Below, piece after piece: positions 8,754 to 18,031 of a DNA stretch of 64,000 nt; within the stretch, counting starts at the first letter, position 1, and each line of letters starts with the position of its first letter. The notes beneath the pieces were generated by a model. That model saw only the letters and a program-made list of their open reading frames with translations, did no database searches and had not been told where the DNA came from. The DNA lies in IMG/VR virus record IMGVR_UViG_3300032282_005937, positions 6,881 through 70,880 of that record; one strand, written 5' to 3'. The stretch comes from a virus. Its lineage: Duplodnaviria; Caudoviricetes. The position numbers and the translations under genes are program-made.

Positions 8754-9257
8754 ATGGCTAAAAAGAAAAAACAAATTTCAAGTGAAATAAAACTTCTTTT
8801 AAAAAAGAACCTAAGATCTATAGTAGAAATAGAAAAGAAAAATTGCACTATAGAAGATCCAGATTTTGGAGAAATGGTTTCAAAAAAAGCTTGGAACTCG
8901 TCTAATTTTGTTGATTTTGTTAAAAAAAAGAATACATATAGTTACACAATAAGCGAAGGTGTATTAATTATTGGTTTTTTGCTTTTTGAAGTTAAAGAAA
9001 ATGAATTATTAATTGAAAGAATATGCATAGACAAAGATTTTAGAAGATCGGGATTTGGAAAAGAATTTTTAGATTTTATATACGCAAAAAAATATAGAAA
9101 TAAAATTGTTTTTTATTGTAAAGAAGATGATGTTGTTACTATTAAATTTTTTAAGAAAAATGATTTTGTAGCAAGTTTAGAAAAAAATTATTTTGATATT
9201 GATAATGATGCAATCAAGTTTACAAAGGAGATTTTTTATGAAGAAAACAAAAGGTAA
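8754..9257 (+). CDS. GNAT acetyltransferase (RimI-like)
   Basis: IGFLLF, IERICIDKDFRRSGFGKEFL (R/QxxGxG motif A), AI.FF.K..F-like end; GAGG SD. Confidence 0.75.
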   Translation: MAKKKKQISSEIKLLLKKNLRSIVEIEKKNCTIEDPDFGEMVSKKAWNSSNFVDFVKKKNTYSYTISEGVLIIGFLLFEVKENELLIERICIDKDFRRSGFGKEFLDFIYAKKYRNKIVFYCKEDDVVTIKFFKKNDFVASLEKNYFDIDNDAIKFTKEIFYEENKR

Positions 9258-9417
9258 AATACTTGTAAACTGTTTAGGTTGGTGTAATAAACAATTTTTA
9301 AGTTGTGATCCAGCAACAAACAGGGTTTGTAAAAAATGCAAAGAAAAAATGGATAGTAAAAAAAATGAAATGGGGAAAAATTACTTTTATGAAAAAAAAA
9401 TAGAGATAAATGAATAA
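9238..9417 (+). CDS. small zinc-finger-like protein
   Basis: CLGWC...F.S....NRVCKKC; AAGGAG SD. Confidence 0.6.
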   Translation: MKKTKGKILVNCLGWCNKQFLSCDPATNRVCKKCKEKMDSKKNEMGKNYFYEKKIEINE

Positions 9418-10456
9418 ACCAAAAGTTGCACTTATAACGCCATCATTGGGTATGGGTGGTGCTGAAAGATGGATAGTTACTCTTGCAAGATTCTTCAAGA
9501 GATTAGATCCTTATTTAATTTTAAATTTAAGTGGCCAAAGCGACTCTATTTTATTAGATGAAATTCCAAATACAACAAAAGTTATATCAAGTTTTTATTC
9601 AAACCCTAAAAAAATTATAGATGTTTTAAGCGATGCAGATGCAGTTATTTCTTGGTGTTTTAATTTAAATATAAGTTTAAAAAATAATTTAAAATGTCCA
9701 ACAATAGATGTTTCACACAGTGATCCATCATGGAATGATCATTCTTGGCTTATAGAACAAACATCTGAAAGATCAAAATATCATGTTGGAGTAAGCAAAG
9801 TAGCTGCATCAGCATTTAAAAAAAATGATTCAACTGTAATCTATAATGGAATAGACACAGAAAGACTTAAAGAATTTAAAGGAAGAATTAAACAAAGAGA
9901 AGAATGGTATTGTGAAAATAAAAAAGTTGTTATTTTTTTAAGTAGATTATCAGAAGAAAAAAATCCAAGAATATTAATAGAGTGTTCAGAATTGTTTGAT
10001 GAAAGTTGGAAATTTTTGTTTGTTGATGTTGGTTCACTAAAAAAAGAATTTAATAAAATAAATAACAACAATATAAAAATAATTAAAAAAACAAATAATA
10101 TTGGCGATTATTATTCTGGTGCAGATGTAGTTGTTCTTCCGTCAGATGTGGAAGGAATGCCTTTAGTTTTATTAGAATCTTGGTTTTGTGGTGTTCCTAT
10201 TGTAACAACTAATTATGATTCTTATTTAGAATTAATTAATATGCATGGAGAACTAGCATTATCAACAAATATAAGACCAACAGCAATTGAATTTTCAGAT
10301 AAAATACAACAAGCTTTTTATGAGGGAAGAAGTTCTAAAAGAGTTATTTTAGCCAAATCTATTGTGCAAAGCAATTACACATGTGAAACAATGATTAAAA
10401 ATTGGGAAGATTATGTATTTTTAAAAATAAAAGAATGCAATGATAATCAACAATAA
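9410..10456 (+). CDS. GT4 (GT-B) glycosyltransferase
   Basis: MGGAERW, VIYNGID, SRLSEEKN, ADVVVLPS..EGMPLVLLE. Confidence 0.9.
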   Translation: MNKPKVALITPSLGMGGAERWIVTLARFFKRLDPYLILNLSGQSDSILLDEIPNTTKVISSFYSNPKKIIDVLSDADAVISWCFNLNISLKNNLKCPTIDVSHSDPSWNDHSWLIEQTSERSKYHVGVSKVAASAFKKNDSTVIYNGIDTERLKEFKGRIKQREEWYCENKKVVIFLSRLSEEKNPRILIECSELFDESWKFLFVDVGSLKKEFNKINNNNIKIIKKTNNIGDYYSGADVVVLPSDVEGMPLVLLESWFCGVPIVTTNYDSYLELINMHGELALSTNIRPTAIEFSDKIQQAFYEGRSSKRVILAKSIVQSNYTCETMIKNWEDYVFLKIKECNDNQQ

Positions 10457-11051
10457 AAAAAAATGGATATATATAGGACCACCAAAAACTGGAAGTACAG
10501 CTTTGTCGTATGTTTTAACAGATGGAAAATACAACAAAAATGATTTTTTTGAAAATTTAAATGTTAATTTTGAAGGCACAGAAATAAATGGTCAACATAC
10601 ACCTTGGCCTCCGAAAAAACTGAGTTCTAAATATAATGATTATTATGTTTTTATAAGTGTAAGAAATCCTTTTTCTAGGATTGTTTCTCTTTACAATCAT
10701 TGGAAATATGGGGAAAATTACGAAAATGAATTATTTTTTAAAGAAAAAACACTTGAAGAATTTATGCATCTTGTTTTAAATAAAAATCTTTGTAATAATG
10801 GTTTTTTTGATATTACAATAACAAATTGGGTTGCTAGATATGATTTTTTTATAAAACAAGAAAACTTAGAAAATGATTTAAAGATGCTGAATATTCACTC
10901 TATCGATTTTAATGTTCCAGTAATAAATGAGAAAATAGGATCGACAAAGCATTGGAAAGAAGAACATAATAAAAAAACAATTGAAATGACAATTGAATGG
11001 GCAGAAAAAGACTTTTATAATTTTCAATACAGTAAGGACATTAATGCTTAA
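10440..11051 (+). CDS. sulfotransferase family protein
   Basis: PPKTGSTA (5'-PSB-like), SVRNPFSRIVSLY (3'-PB-like), KQENLEND, D...F.Y end. Confidence 0.8.
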   Translation: MIINNKKKWIYIGPPKTGSTALSYVLTDGKYNKNDFFENLNVNFEGTEINGQHTPWPPKKLSSKYNDYYVFISVRNPFSRIVSLYNHWKYGENYENELFFKEKTLEEFMHLVLNKNLCNNGFFDITITNWVARYDFFIKQENLENDLKMLNIHSIDFNVPVINEKIGSTKHWKEEHNKKTIEMTIEWAEKDFYNFQYSKDINA

Positions 11052-11760
11052 GTATTTTCTTGGTTTTTTTGGTTCTGATCGTTCTGGTAAATGGTGGACT
11101 GTTCGCTGCGAACACATTGAAGATAATCCATCATGTATAGGTTGTGGCACAAAAAAAGAGGTTCAAGCTCATCATATAATACCAGTTAGTGTTGATTCAT
11201 CTAAAGAGTTATGTAGAAACAACTTATGTACTCTTTGCAAACATTGTCATTTTGTTTTTGGGCACTTGCACAACTATAAAAATTACAATCCAGAAGTAAT
11301 TAGGGATTGCCAAGAGCATTACAAAAGAGTAAAACAATTTAGAGTTAAGACTTTTCAAAGACCTATTTCTTTATGGAGGACTATTATGGCTAAGTTTTTT
11401 GGTTCTATTGCTTTGGTTTTTTTAGGTTTTTCAATTTATGTTAGTCATATGTATGTGGTAGAGACTAATAAAAATATAACAGTTAAAGAACTTTTTTATG
11501 CTGAAAACAGGCTCTTAAAGGATGAGATTTATGCAGAGAGAAACAAACCAACTTATGAAAATGGCTATAGAGATGCTATTTTAAGGGCTGGTTCACCAAC
11601 TGGTTCTGGCTCATATCGTGATGGTTGGGAGGCTTGTGCAAAGCTTTATGCAGATGGTTCATGGACAAGTGGATATCATACTGCACTAGAACAATTTGGA
11701 TGGAAGAATGAATCAACAGCATTCAAAAACTCAAATCCTCAAGCTATTTCTATGAAATAA
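11044..11760 (+). CDS. HNH endonuclease domain fused in frame to a membrane-anchored protein (internal start 11386)
   Basis: CIGCG...AHHIIP...NL.TLCK.CH; then GGAGGA SD, ATG 11386, a TM helix and GY.DG repeats. Confidence 0.7.
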   Translation: MLKYFLGFFGSDRSGKWWTVRCEHIEDNPSCIGCGTKKEVQAHHIIPVSVDSSKELCRNNLCTLCKHCHFVFGHLHNYKNYNPEVIRDCQEHYKRVKQFRVKTFQRPISLWRTIMAKFFGSIALVFLGFSIYVSHMYVVETNKNITVKELFYAENRLLKDEIYAERNKPTYENGYRDAILRAGSPTGSGSYRDGWEACAKLYADGSWTSGYHTALEQFGWKNESTAFKNSNPQAISMK

Positions 11761-11806
11761 TCTTTACTATTTTACCCTCATACTGTGTATTAGTATGGGG
11801 GTAATT

Positions 11807-12181
11807 ATGAAAAAAAAATCGCACAACAGTAAGGCTTTTGGTGAAATTTCTGGAAAATATTGGTCTTCTTTAATAAAAAACGCAAAAAAAAGAAGTATAA
11901 AAGTAACTGCAACAATAGAAGAAGCTTGGGAAATATTTTTGAAACAGAATAGAAGATGTTTTTATACTGGTTTAAAAATAACTCATAAAAAGTATTTGAA
12001 AAGAATTAATAATAAAGACATATATTCTTTAGGAACGGCATCGTTAGACAGAAAAAATAGTAACCTTAGTTACACTAAACAAAACATACAGTGGGTTCAT
12101 AAAGATGTTAACTATATGAAAATGAGTTTAAACGAAAAGTATTTTATAAAACTTTGCAAGCTTATATCTAGGAGATTCTAA
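11807..12181 (+). CDS. HNH-like (His-Me finger) endonuclease
   Basis: Q..RC.YTG, ASLDR.NS...Y...NIQWVH..VN.MK. Confidence 0.7.
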   Translation: MKKKSHNSKAFGEISGKYWSSLIKNAKKRSIKVTATIEEAWEIFLKQNRRCFYTGLKITHKKYLKRINNKDIYSLGTASLDRKNSNLSYTKQNIQWVHKDVNYMKMSLNEKYFIKLCKLISRRF

Positions 12182-12663
12182 TGCCTTTAAAAAATTGTTC
12201 TGAAAATGGTAAAGATGGTTGGAAATGGGGCGATCAAGGTAAATGCTATCTTGGAAAAGATGCTAAAAAACAAGCTATCAGGCAAGGAATCTCTATTGAG
12301 GGTCCAGAAAAATTTGCTAAAATAATGAAGTCTCAATCTCATGAAGATCTTTATATGCAACTTTCAGAGAATGAAAAAGAATTAGCTAACTCACTTATTT
12401 CATTATCTCAAAAAGTTGGTCCACTTGATAAATCTGATGGTATTTGGGTTGGATATGAAAACGCAGAGAATAATCCTACTAAAAACATTGGTGTTAAATG
12501 TGGAAATTGTGCATTGCACAAATCAGAAAACGCATGTGCAATTATTGATCAACAAATAGAAATGAATGGAGTTTGTAGATTTGCCGTAATACCAGATGGT
12601 TATGTTAATGCTATTCAAGTAGAAAAGGACATAGAAGAATACTTTAATGAAAATAATAAATAG
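12181..12663 (+). CDS. hypothetical protein with HiPIP-like Cys motif
   Basis: N-terminal C..NGK.GWKWG..GKCY; C-terminal CGNC-x8-C-x10-GVC. Confidence 0.55.
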   Translation: MPLKNCSENGKDGWKWGDQGKCYLGKDAKKQAIRQGISIEGPEKFAKIMKSQSHEDLYMQLSENEKELANSLISLSQKVGPLDKSDGIWVGYENAENNPTKNIGVKCGNCALHKSENACAIIDQQIEMNGVCRFAVIPDGYVNAIQVEKDIEEYFNENNK

Positions 12664-13129
12664 CCCTGTTTTAAAAATAAAATGTAAAGAAGTAGATTTA
12701 AAAAAAGGAAAGACTATTGCCAAAAGAATGTGGCAATTTTTGAACCTTTACAATAAAAAGAACGAAGTAAAAGCTGTTGGTTTAGCAGCAAATCAATTTG
12801 GAATAGATGCTTCAGTTGCCATAGTTCTTAAAAATAATAAACCATTTATTTTAATAAATCCTAAAATAATAAACTTTTCTCAAATAAAAATTTGTAAAAA
12901 AGAAGGTTGTTTAAGTTTTCCAGATGAACAACTTGATGTTTATAGACATATGTGGATTGAAGTTGTATGTTTAAATCATTCTGGATCAATTTTTTTTGGA
13001 AGTAGACCAGAAGAAAACAATGATAATTTTTTAGAAAGCTGTGTTGCTCAACATGAAATAGCACACTTAAACGGTTTGACTTTTCATGATTTTCAATGGA
13101 ATAATTCAATAACACCTAACGATTGGTAA
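12647..13129 (+). CDS. def: peptide deformylase
   Basis: VGLAANQFG, EGCLSFP and QHEIAHLNG motifs. Confidence 0.9.
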   Translation: MKIINSPVLKIKCKEVDLKKGKTIAKRMWQFLNLYNKKNEVKAVGLAANQFGIDASVAIVLKNNKPFILINPKIINFSQIKICKKEGCLSFPDEQLDVYRHMWIEVVCLNHSGSIFFGSRPEENNDNFLESCVAQHEIAHLNGLTFHDFQWNNSITPNDW

Positions 13130-13130
13130 A

Positions 13131-13400
13131 ATGAAAAACCACTATACAAAAGTAAAAAATGCTGTAGATTTTAAAATATATAATGAGCTTGAGAGTTTTG
13201 TTTACAACTCTTTAGTTGAAGATGAGTTAACATCTGAAGAAAATTTGCGTTCTTTAATTGTTTCTCAAGTAAAAAGAGAACATGGGAGCCTTATTTATTC
13301 AAGTATAGAAATAGAAGATACTATAAAAAATCTAATTATTAGAAAAATTATCAAGGAAGCAATTGGCATAAAGTTGTCCAAGTTTATTTATAGTCAATAG
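13131..13400 (+). CDS. hypothetical protein
   Basis: 89-aa ORF in operon context. Confidence 0.5.
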   Translation: MKNHYTKVKNAVDFKIYNELESFVYNSLVEDELTSEENLRSLIVSQVKREHGSLIYSSIEIEDTIKNLIIRKIIKEAIGIKLSKFIYSQ

Positions 13401-13448
13401 TTAGGGGTATTTATACATGGGCTTTATCCTTTTTAAAGGAGGTATCCC

Positions 13449-13622
13449 ATGCAAACTTATTTCGAAGTTTGGGCAACAGAGCCTAATGGCAAAACAAGAA
13501 TAAAAATAGCAGAGTACGAAGAAATTTATTGGCAAAGAGCAGAAAAAAAAGCTTTATCATTAGAGTTACAAGGATATACTAAGATAGTTGTTTTTGAAAA
13601 AATGAGGACTACAAACAAATAA
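13449..13622 (+). CDS. small hypothetical protein (57 aa, not in ORF track)
   Basis: AAAGGAGGT SD; MQTYFEVWATEPNGK...TTNK. Confidence 0.65.
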   Translation: MQTYFEVWATEPNGKTRIKIAEYEEIYWQRAEKKALSLELQGYTKIVVFEKMRTTNK

Positions 13623-13647
13623 TTTTGGTTTGCATAAGGAGGATACT

Positions 13648-14712
13648 ATGGATATAAATCTCAGTTGCCCAATAAATCAGCTTGGGTATGGCGTTGTTGG
13701 TTTAAACATTTTTTTAAATCTACAAAAAAATCACAATGTCGCACTGTGGCCAATTGGACCAGTAGATTGCGAAGAATCAAAACATGATGCCTTAAGAGCA
13801 TCTATTGAAAAAACAAAAACATTTAATTACACAGCACCAAGTTTAAAAATATGGCATCAATTTGATATGGCATCTCATGTTGGAAACGGCAAAAAGTTTG
13901 GTTTAACATTTTTTGAAACTAACAAAATAAAAGAAAATGAAATTCATCATTTAAAATTTTTAGAAAAAGTATTTGTTACATCTTCTTGGGCAAAAGATGT
14001 TCTTATAAATTCTGGTTTGGAAAGTTCAAATATAGTAGTTGTAAAGCTTGGAGTGGATAAAATAGTATTTCCAGAATCTAAAATAGATGATAAAAAAACA
14101 ACCAAAATAGTTTGTGTTGGCAAATGGGAGATAAGAAAGGGCCACGATCTTATTATAGATATTATAGAAAGAACTTTTGATAAAGACGATGATTTCAAGC
14201 TTGTAATGTGTTGCTCTAACCCATTTTTATCAGATGAAGAACAAAATCACTGGATTTCTTTTTTTGAAAAAAGTAAGTATTTTGACAAAATAATTGTTTT
14301 AAAAGAAAGATTAAAATCTCAAACAGATGTTAACAGATTAATGCATGGTTCTGATGTTGGAATATTCCCATATCGTGCAGAAGCTTGGAATTTAGAACTT
14401 TCTGAAATGTTGTCTATGGGTAAACATTGCATTGCTACAAACTATTCTGGCCCAACAGAGTTTGCTAATGATGCTGGTGCAATTTTAATTAATCCAGAAG
14501 GCATGGAAAATGCTTATGATGGAAAATGGTTTGATGGTTCAGCAGAATGGGCAAAGCTTGGTAAAAAATATGTAGAGGAATTTTCTTCTGCATTAAGAAG
14601 TATTCATGAGCAAAAACAAAAGGGCGATTTAAAAATAAATTCTAAAGGCATAAACTATTTTAATGAAAACACTTGGGAAAAATCTTGTGAAACAATAACA
14701 GGTGAATTATGA
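13648..14712 (+). CDS. GT4-like glycosyltransferase
   Basis: GYG, TFFET, VGKWEIRKGHD, FPYRAEAWNL..SE.L.MGK..IATNYSG. Confidence 0.85.
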   Translation: MDINLSCPINQLGYGVVGLNIFLNLQKNHNVALWPIGPVDCEESKHDALRASIEKTKTFNYTAPSLKIWHQFDMASHVGNGKKFGLTFFETNKIKENEIHHLKFLEKVFVTSSWAKDVLINSGLESSNIVVVKLGVDKIVFPESKIDDKKTTKIVCVGKWEIRKGHDLIIDIIERTFDKDDDFKLVMCCSNPFLSDEEQNHWISFFEKSKYFDKIIVLKERLKSQTDVNRLMHGSDVGIFPYRAEAWNLELSEMLSMGKHCIATNYSGPTEFANDAGAILINPEGMENAYDGKWFDGSAEWAKLGKKYVEEFSSALRSIHEQKQKGDLKINSKGINYFNENTWEKSCETITGEL

Positions 14713-15107
14713 ATTTGACAGTATCATTTTTAATGTGCAAAACAGATGATGGTAAAGAACCTTCAATTATGTTTTTAAAAAACAAAAATGGTAATTATGA
14801 ATTGCCAAGTTTTCAAATGAAAGATGATGAATATGATGTTGATGAATTTGTTAATACAACATTTAAATCAATTACTGGTGTTCAAGCGATAGACAAAAAA
14901 GGTTTTGGCTGGATTAATTTATTTTTATCTGGAACTATAGTGTCAAACAAAAAATACAGTTTTGTTTATATGTGCAAGCTTCCAGATATTATAAATACAG
15001 AAGCTTATGAAGCTATTAAAATGAGTTCTATTCTTGAATCAGAAAATTTTGAAGAGAATTATATTTCTCAAGTTATTTACTGTTTTAATAATTTGTATAT
15101 TAGATAA
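14709..15107 (+). CDS. hypothetical protein (possible degenerate NUDIX fold)
   Basis: ORF in operon; YELP...ITG pattern but no intact Nudix box. Confidence 0.45.
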   Translation: MNLTVSFLMCKTDDGKEPSIMFLKNKNGNYELPSFQMKDDEYDVDEFVNTTFKSITGVQAIDKKGFGWINLFLSGTIVSNKKYSFVYMCKLPDIINTEAYEAIKMSSILESENFEENYISQVIYCFNNLYIR

Positions 15108-15108
15108 T

Positions 15109-15417
15109 ATGAAAAACATAAAAATAATTTTTGATGTAAACTCAAGTGATATTATAACAACATTTGTATTTCCAGAAATAATAGACAAAGAAGAAAAATC
15201 TGTTTTATCTGAAAAAACAGCATCTTTTCTTTCTTCTTTGCAAACTGGAGGTATGATGACATCAATAATACATGGTGTTGTTGAAGGTGGAATTATTTCT
15301 GACGATAAGAGTTTATCTGATTTAATAATTAAAAAAATGCTTTCTAATTTTTTAGTTACATCAGATGAAAAGCCATTGGTTCTTCCGAGTGAAGCATTTG
15401 TTTTTAAGGAAAAATAA
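15109..15417 (+). CDS. hypothetical protein
   Basis: ORF coupled to thyX. Confidence 0.5.
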   Translation: MKNIKIIFDVNSSDIITTFVFPEIIDKEEKSVLSEKTASFLSSLQTGGMMTSIIHGVVEGGIISDDKSLSDLIIKKMLSNFLVTSDEKPLVLPSEAFVFKEK

Positions 15418-16220
15418 TGACAATAGAAGCAAAAATAATTTCAGATTCTGTATCTGTTCATGATAGAAGAATAACTACTATGGTTATTAAATATCCAAGA
15501 TTCATACATTCTGAGTTTATGACACATAGAATTTTTTCTAGAAATGCCAGTAGTAGTCGAGCTATACCAGTTGATAAAATGATTGATGATATTAAAGAGG
15601 ATATGGCAAAACCAAGCGTTTGGGCAAAAAACCAAAAGGGAATGTCATCTGGCGAAAAATTAGATCATAACAAAGAAGTCATGTGTAATCATGTTTGGCA
15701 AGAAGCAGCAGAGTTTGTTATCAAAAAATGTGCATTATTAAAAGAGCTTGGTGTTCATAAAAGTATAGCCAATAGAATATTAGAGCCATTTTCGCACATA
15801 ACAACAATTGTTACTTCTACAGAATGGGATAATTTTTTTAAACTTAGAATAAGTCCTGATGCACAACCAGAGATATGTGAATTGGCTACAAAAATGAAAG
15901 CCGTATTAGATGAATCAACTCCTAAACTTAAAAACTTTGGTGATTGGCATATTCCATTTGGCGATGCTTATGTAGATGATGGTATACCAATAGAAAAAAT
16001 GCTTAAAATAAGTGTGGCTCGTTGTGCTAGAGTTAGTTATCTAAATTTTGAAGGTAAAATAGACAATGAAAAAGATTATGATCTTCACGATAGATTAATG
16101 AATGAAGGTCATTGGAGTCCTTTTGAACATTGTGCTACTCCTACATCATCTGACATTTATAGTGGCAACTTCTTAGGGTGGCTACAATATAGAAAATTTG
16201 CGGATAGAAAGAATGATTAA
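15417..16220 (+). CDS. thyX: flavin-dependent thymidylate synthase
   Basis: PRFIHSEFMTHR.FSRNASSSRAIP, NR.LEPF, AQPEI..LA, H.SPFEH. Confidence 0.9.
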   Translation: MTIEAKIISDSVSVHDRRITTMVIKYPRFIHSEFMTHRIFSRNASSSRAIPVDKMIDDIKEDMAKPSVWAKNQKGMSSGEKLDHNKEVMCNHVWQEAAEFVIKKCALLKELGVHKSIANRILEPFSHITTIVTSTEWDNFFKLRISPDAQPEICELATKMKAVLDESTPKLKNFGDWHIPFGDAYVDDGIPIEKMLKISVARCARVSYLNFEGKIDNEKDYDLHDRLMNEGHWSPFEHCATPTSSDIYSGNFLGWLQYRKFADRKND

Positions 16221-16785
16221 AAAAATACAATGGTTAAAGTGGGAAGATCCACTTACACCAAATAAAGAAGATATTGATCTTGAAACAAAATCTCATAAAG
16301 ACAGCTTTAAAGAATTTGATGATTCTGAAGAAAGACATGTTAGATTAGTTGTTGGTCCTTATGGTCTTTTGCCATTAAATGAAAATGCTGTTACAGCAAG
16401 ACTTTACAAGCTTTGGGTTGGTCATTGTAACTTTGAAATAACCGATACGGTAAAAGAAAAAATAGAATCTGTTGCTGGAGTAGAAGTTTTACGAATATGG
16501 ACAAGATACAGATTTTGGTTAGGTGTAGCAAATCTTTTTGATGATTCAGATGTTCAAACTAATATAGAAAAACTTTTAACCGAAGAGAAAGAATCGAAGA
16601 ATAAAAATATTGCACTTAAAGCTTTAATAAAAGTTTTAAAAAATAAATATAAATTTTGGGCAGTTCTTTTAGAAAAGAATGGTGAATTAAAAACTGTTGG
16701 CAGTGAAAATATTGAAGATGTAAAAAAAGAAACAGAATTGAATAAAAATTTAAACATATTGGCTTGCAGTTGGAAAAATGATTGA
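16213..16785 (+). CDS. hypothetical protein
   Basis: KW.DP, WVGHCNF.IT, GVE.L...TRYRF. Confidence 0.6.
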   Translation: MIKKIQWLKWEDPLTPNKEDIDLETKSHKDSFKEFDDSEERHVRLVVGPYGLLPLNENAVTARLYKLWVGHCNFEITDTVKEKIESVAGVEVLRIWTRYRFWLGVANLFDDSDVQTNIEKLLTEEKESKNKNIALKALIKVLKNKYKFWAVLLEKNGELKTVGSENIEDVKKETELNKNLNILACSWKND

Positions 16786-16824
16786 TATATTGTATTTATT
16801 CATTACTCAAAAGGAGATTTTACT

Positions 16825-17085
16825 ATGTCTGATGTTGTAAAAGGTTTTAATCCTGATCAAGTTGCAAAGTCTGTAGCCATTATTGTTTCTACCTTAAAAT
16901 GGGTTTCTACCATTATTCCTGGTGATTCAGATGATAAAGTTGTGGCTCAAATTGTTAAAATTGCTGAAGAACCTTGGTTTGTTACAGCTTTGACTTTTTT
17001 GATTAATAAGTTTGACGGTGATCTTAGTCAAATAAAAGCAGAAGATTTTATTTTGGCTGCTAGAACTGCCCAAGGCAAAAAATAG
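16825..17085 (+). CDS. small hydrophobic protein (holin-like?)
   Basis: AAGGAG SD; amphipathic/hydrophobic segments; IPG..DD. Confidence 0.55.
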   Translation: MSDVVKGFNPDQVAKSVAIIVSTLKWVSTIIPGDSDDKVVAQIVKIAEEPWFVTALTFLINKFDGDLSQIKAEDFILAARTAQGKK

Positions 17086-17228
17086 TGCTTAAGTTTTTAA
17101 TTGAATTTATTTCTAATGTTGTAATAGCTATTTTTTTAGCAATTATATTTATATTGTTTTATGTTTCAGACAGTTTAAAAAAACATAAACATAATAAAGA
17201 ATGTTTTATTGATAAAACCAATAAGTAA
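17085..17228 (+). CDS. small single-TM membrane protein (47 aa, not in ORF track)
   Basis: GTG overlapping the upstream stop; hydrophobic N-terminal half and basic tail. Confidence 0.45.
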   Translation: MLKFLIEFISNVVIAIFLAIIFILFYVSDSLKKHKHNKECFIDKTNK

Positions 17229-17244
17229 ATTATAGGAAATTAAT

Positions 17245-18024
17245 ATGTTTAAGAAATCATTGTTTTTTTTGTTGATGTTTTGCAATTTTACTTTTGCAGA
17301 AAACTTTATAATTCCCGAACAAAAAATTATTGGGGCAGAAGTTCCTATTCCATTAGGTGAGCTTGTAGATTTATCTATAAGCCCAATTCAATCTGCACCA
17401 AAATTTTTAATTTCAACCACATATGCATGGAAAGTTTTTGATGGTTATACAGAAAAAAGAATTCGCAATTATGAAAATGGCGTTTTCTTTGGTTCTGGTA
17501 TACAAGCAAAAAAACTTAAGGTTATTGTTGCAATAACTCACTTGTATATAGTTAAAGACAATGAAAAACTTTTAGAGGCAGCTACTAGAACTAATTTTAT
17601 TTCAACAGATGTTTTTATTGGTGAACAAGAGCCTGATACTCCACCAGAGCCAGAGGTTGAACCAGAATTTGGAGAATCAAAGTATCAACTTTCTAAATTT
17701 ATCTATGATAATGTTAAACTTTTAAAAATATCAAAGTCAGATAAAGCAAAACAATCTGCTGCTATTGCAACATCTTTTGATAGTATGGCTGCTGCTATTG
17801 CTGCCGGAACAATTGCAACACTTGAAGACATACTTAAAAAGACAGCAGAATCAAATAAATTAGCATTAACAAAATCTGGTGGAGATAGAACAAAATGGGA
17901 ACCAGTGTTTACAGAAATACAAGAAAAACTTTTTGACTTATATAAAACAAATAAAATGCAAACTAAAGAAGACTTTGCTGCTGCGTGGAGAGAAATATCC
18001 TCTGGACTTAAATTAGTAAAATAG
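17245..18024 (+). CDS. secreted/periplasmic protein with Pro-Glu linker
   Basis: Signal peptide MFKKSLFFLLMFCNFTFA; EPDTPPEPEVEP linker; helical C-terminal domain. Confidence 0.65.
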   Translation: MFKKSLFFLLMFCNFTFAENFIIPEQKIIGAEVPIPLGELVDLSISPIQSAPKFLISTTYAWKVFDGYTEKRIRNYENGVFFGSGIQAKKLKVIVAITHLYIVKDNEKLLEAATRTNFISTDVFIGEQEPDTPPEPEVEPEFGESKYQLSKFIYDNVKLLKISKSDKAKQSAAIATSFDSMAAAIAAGTIATLEDILKKTAESNKLALTKSGGDRTKWEPVFTEIQEKLFDLYKTNKMQTKEDFAAAWREISSGLKLVK

Positions 18025-18031
18025 GTGAAAA

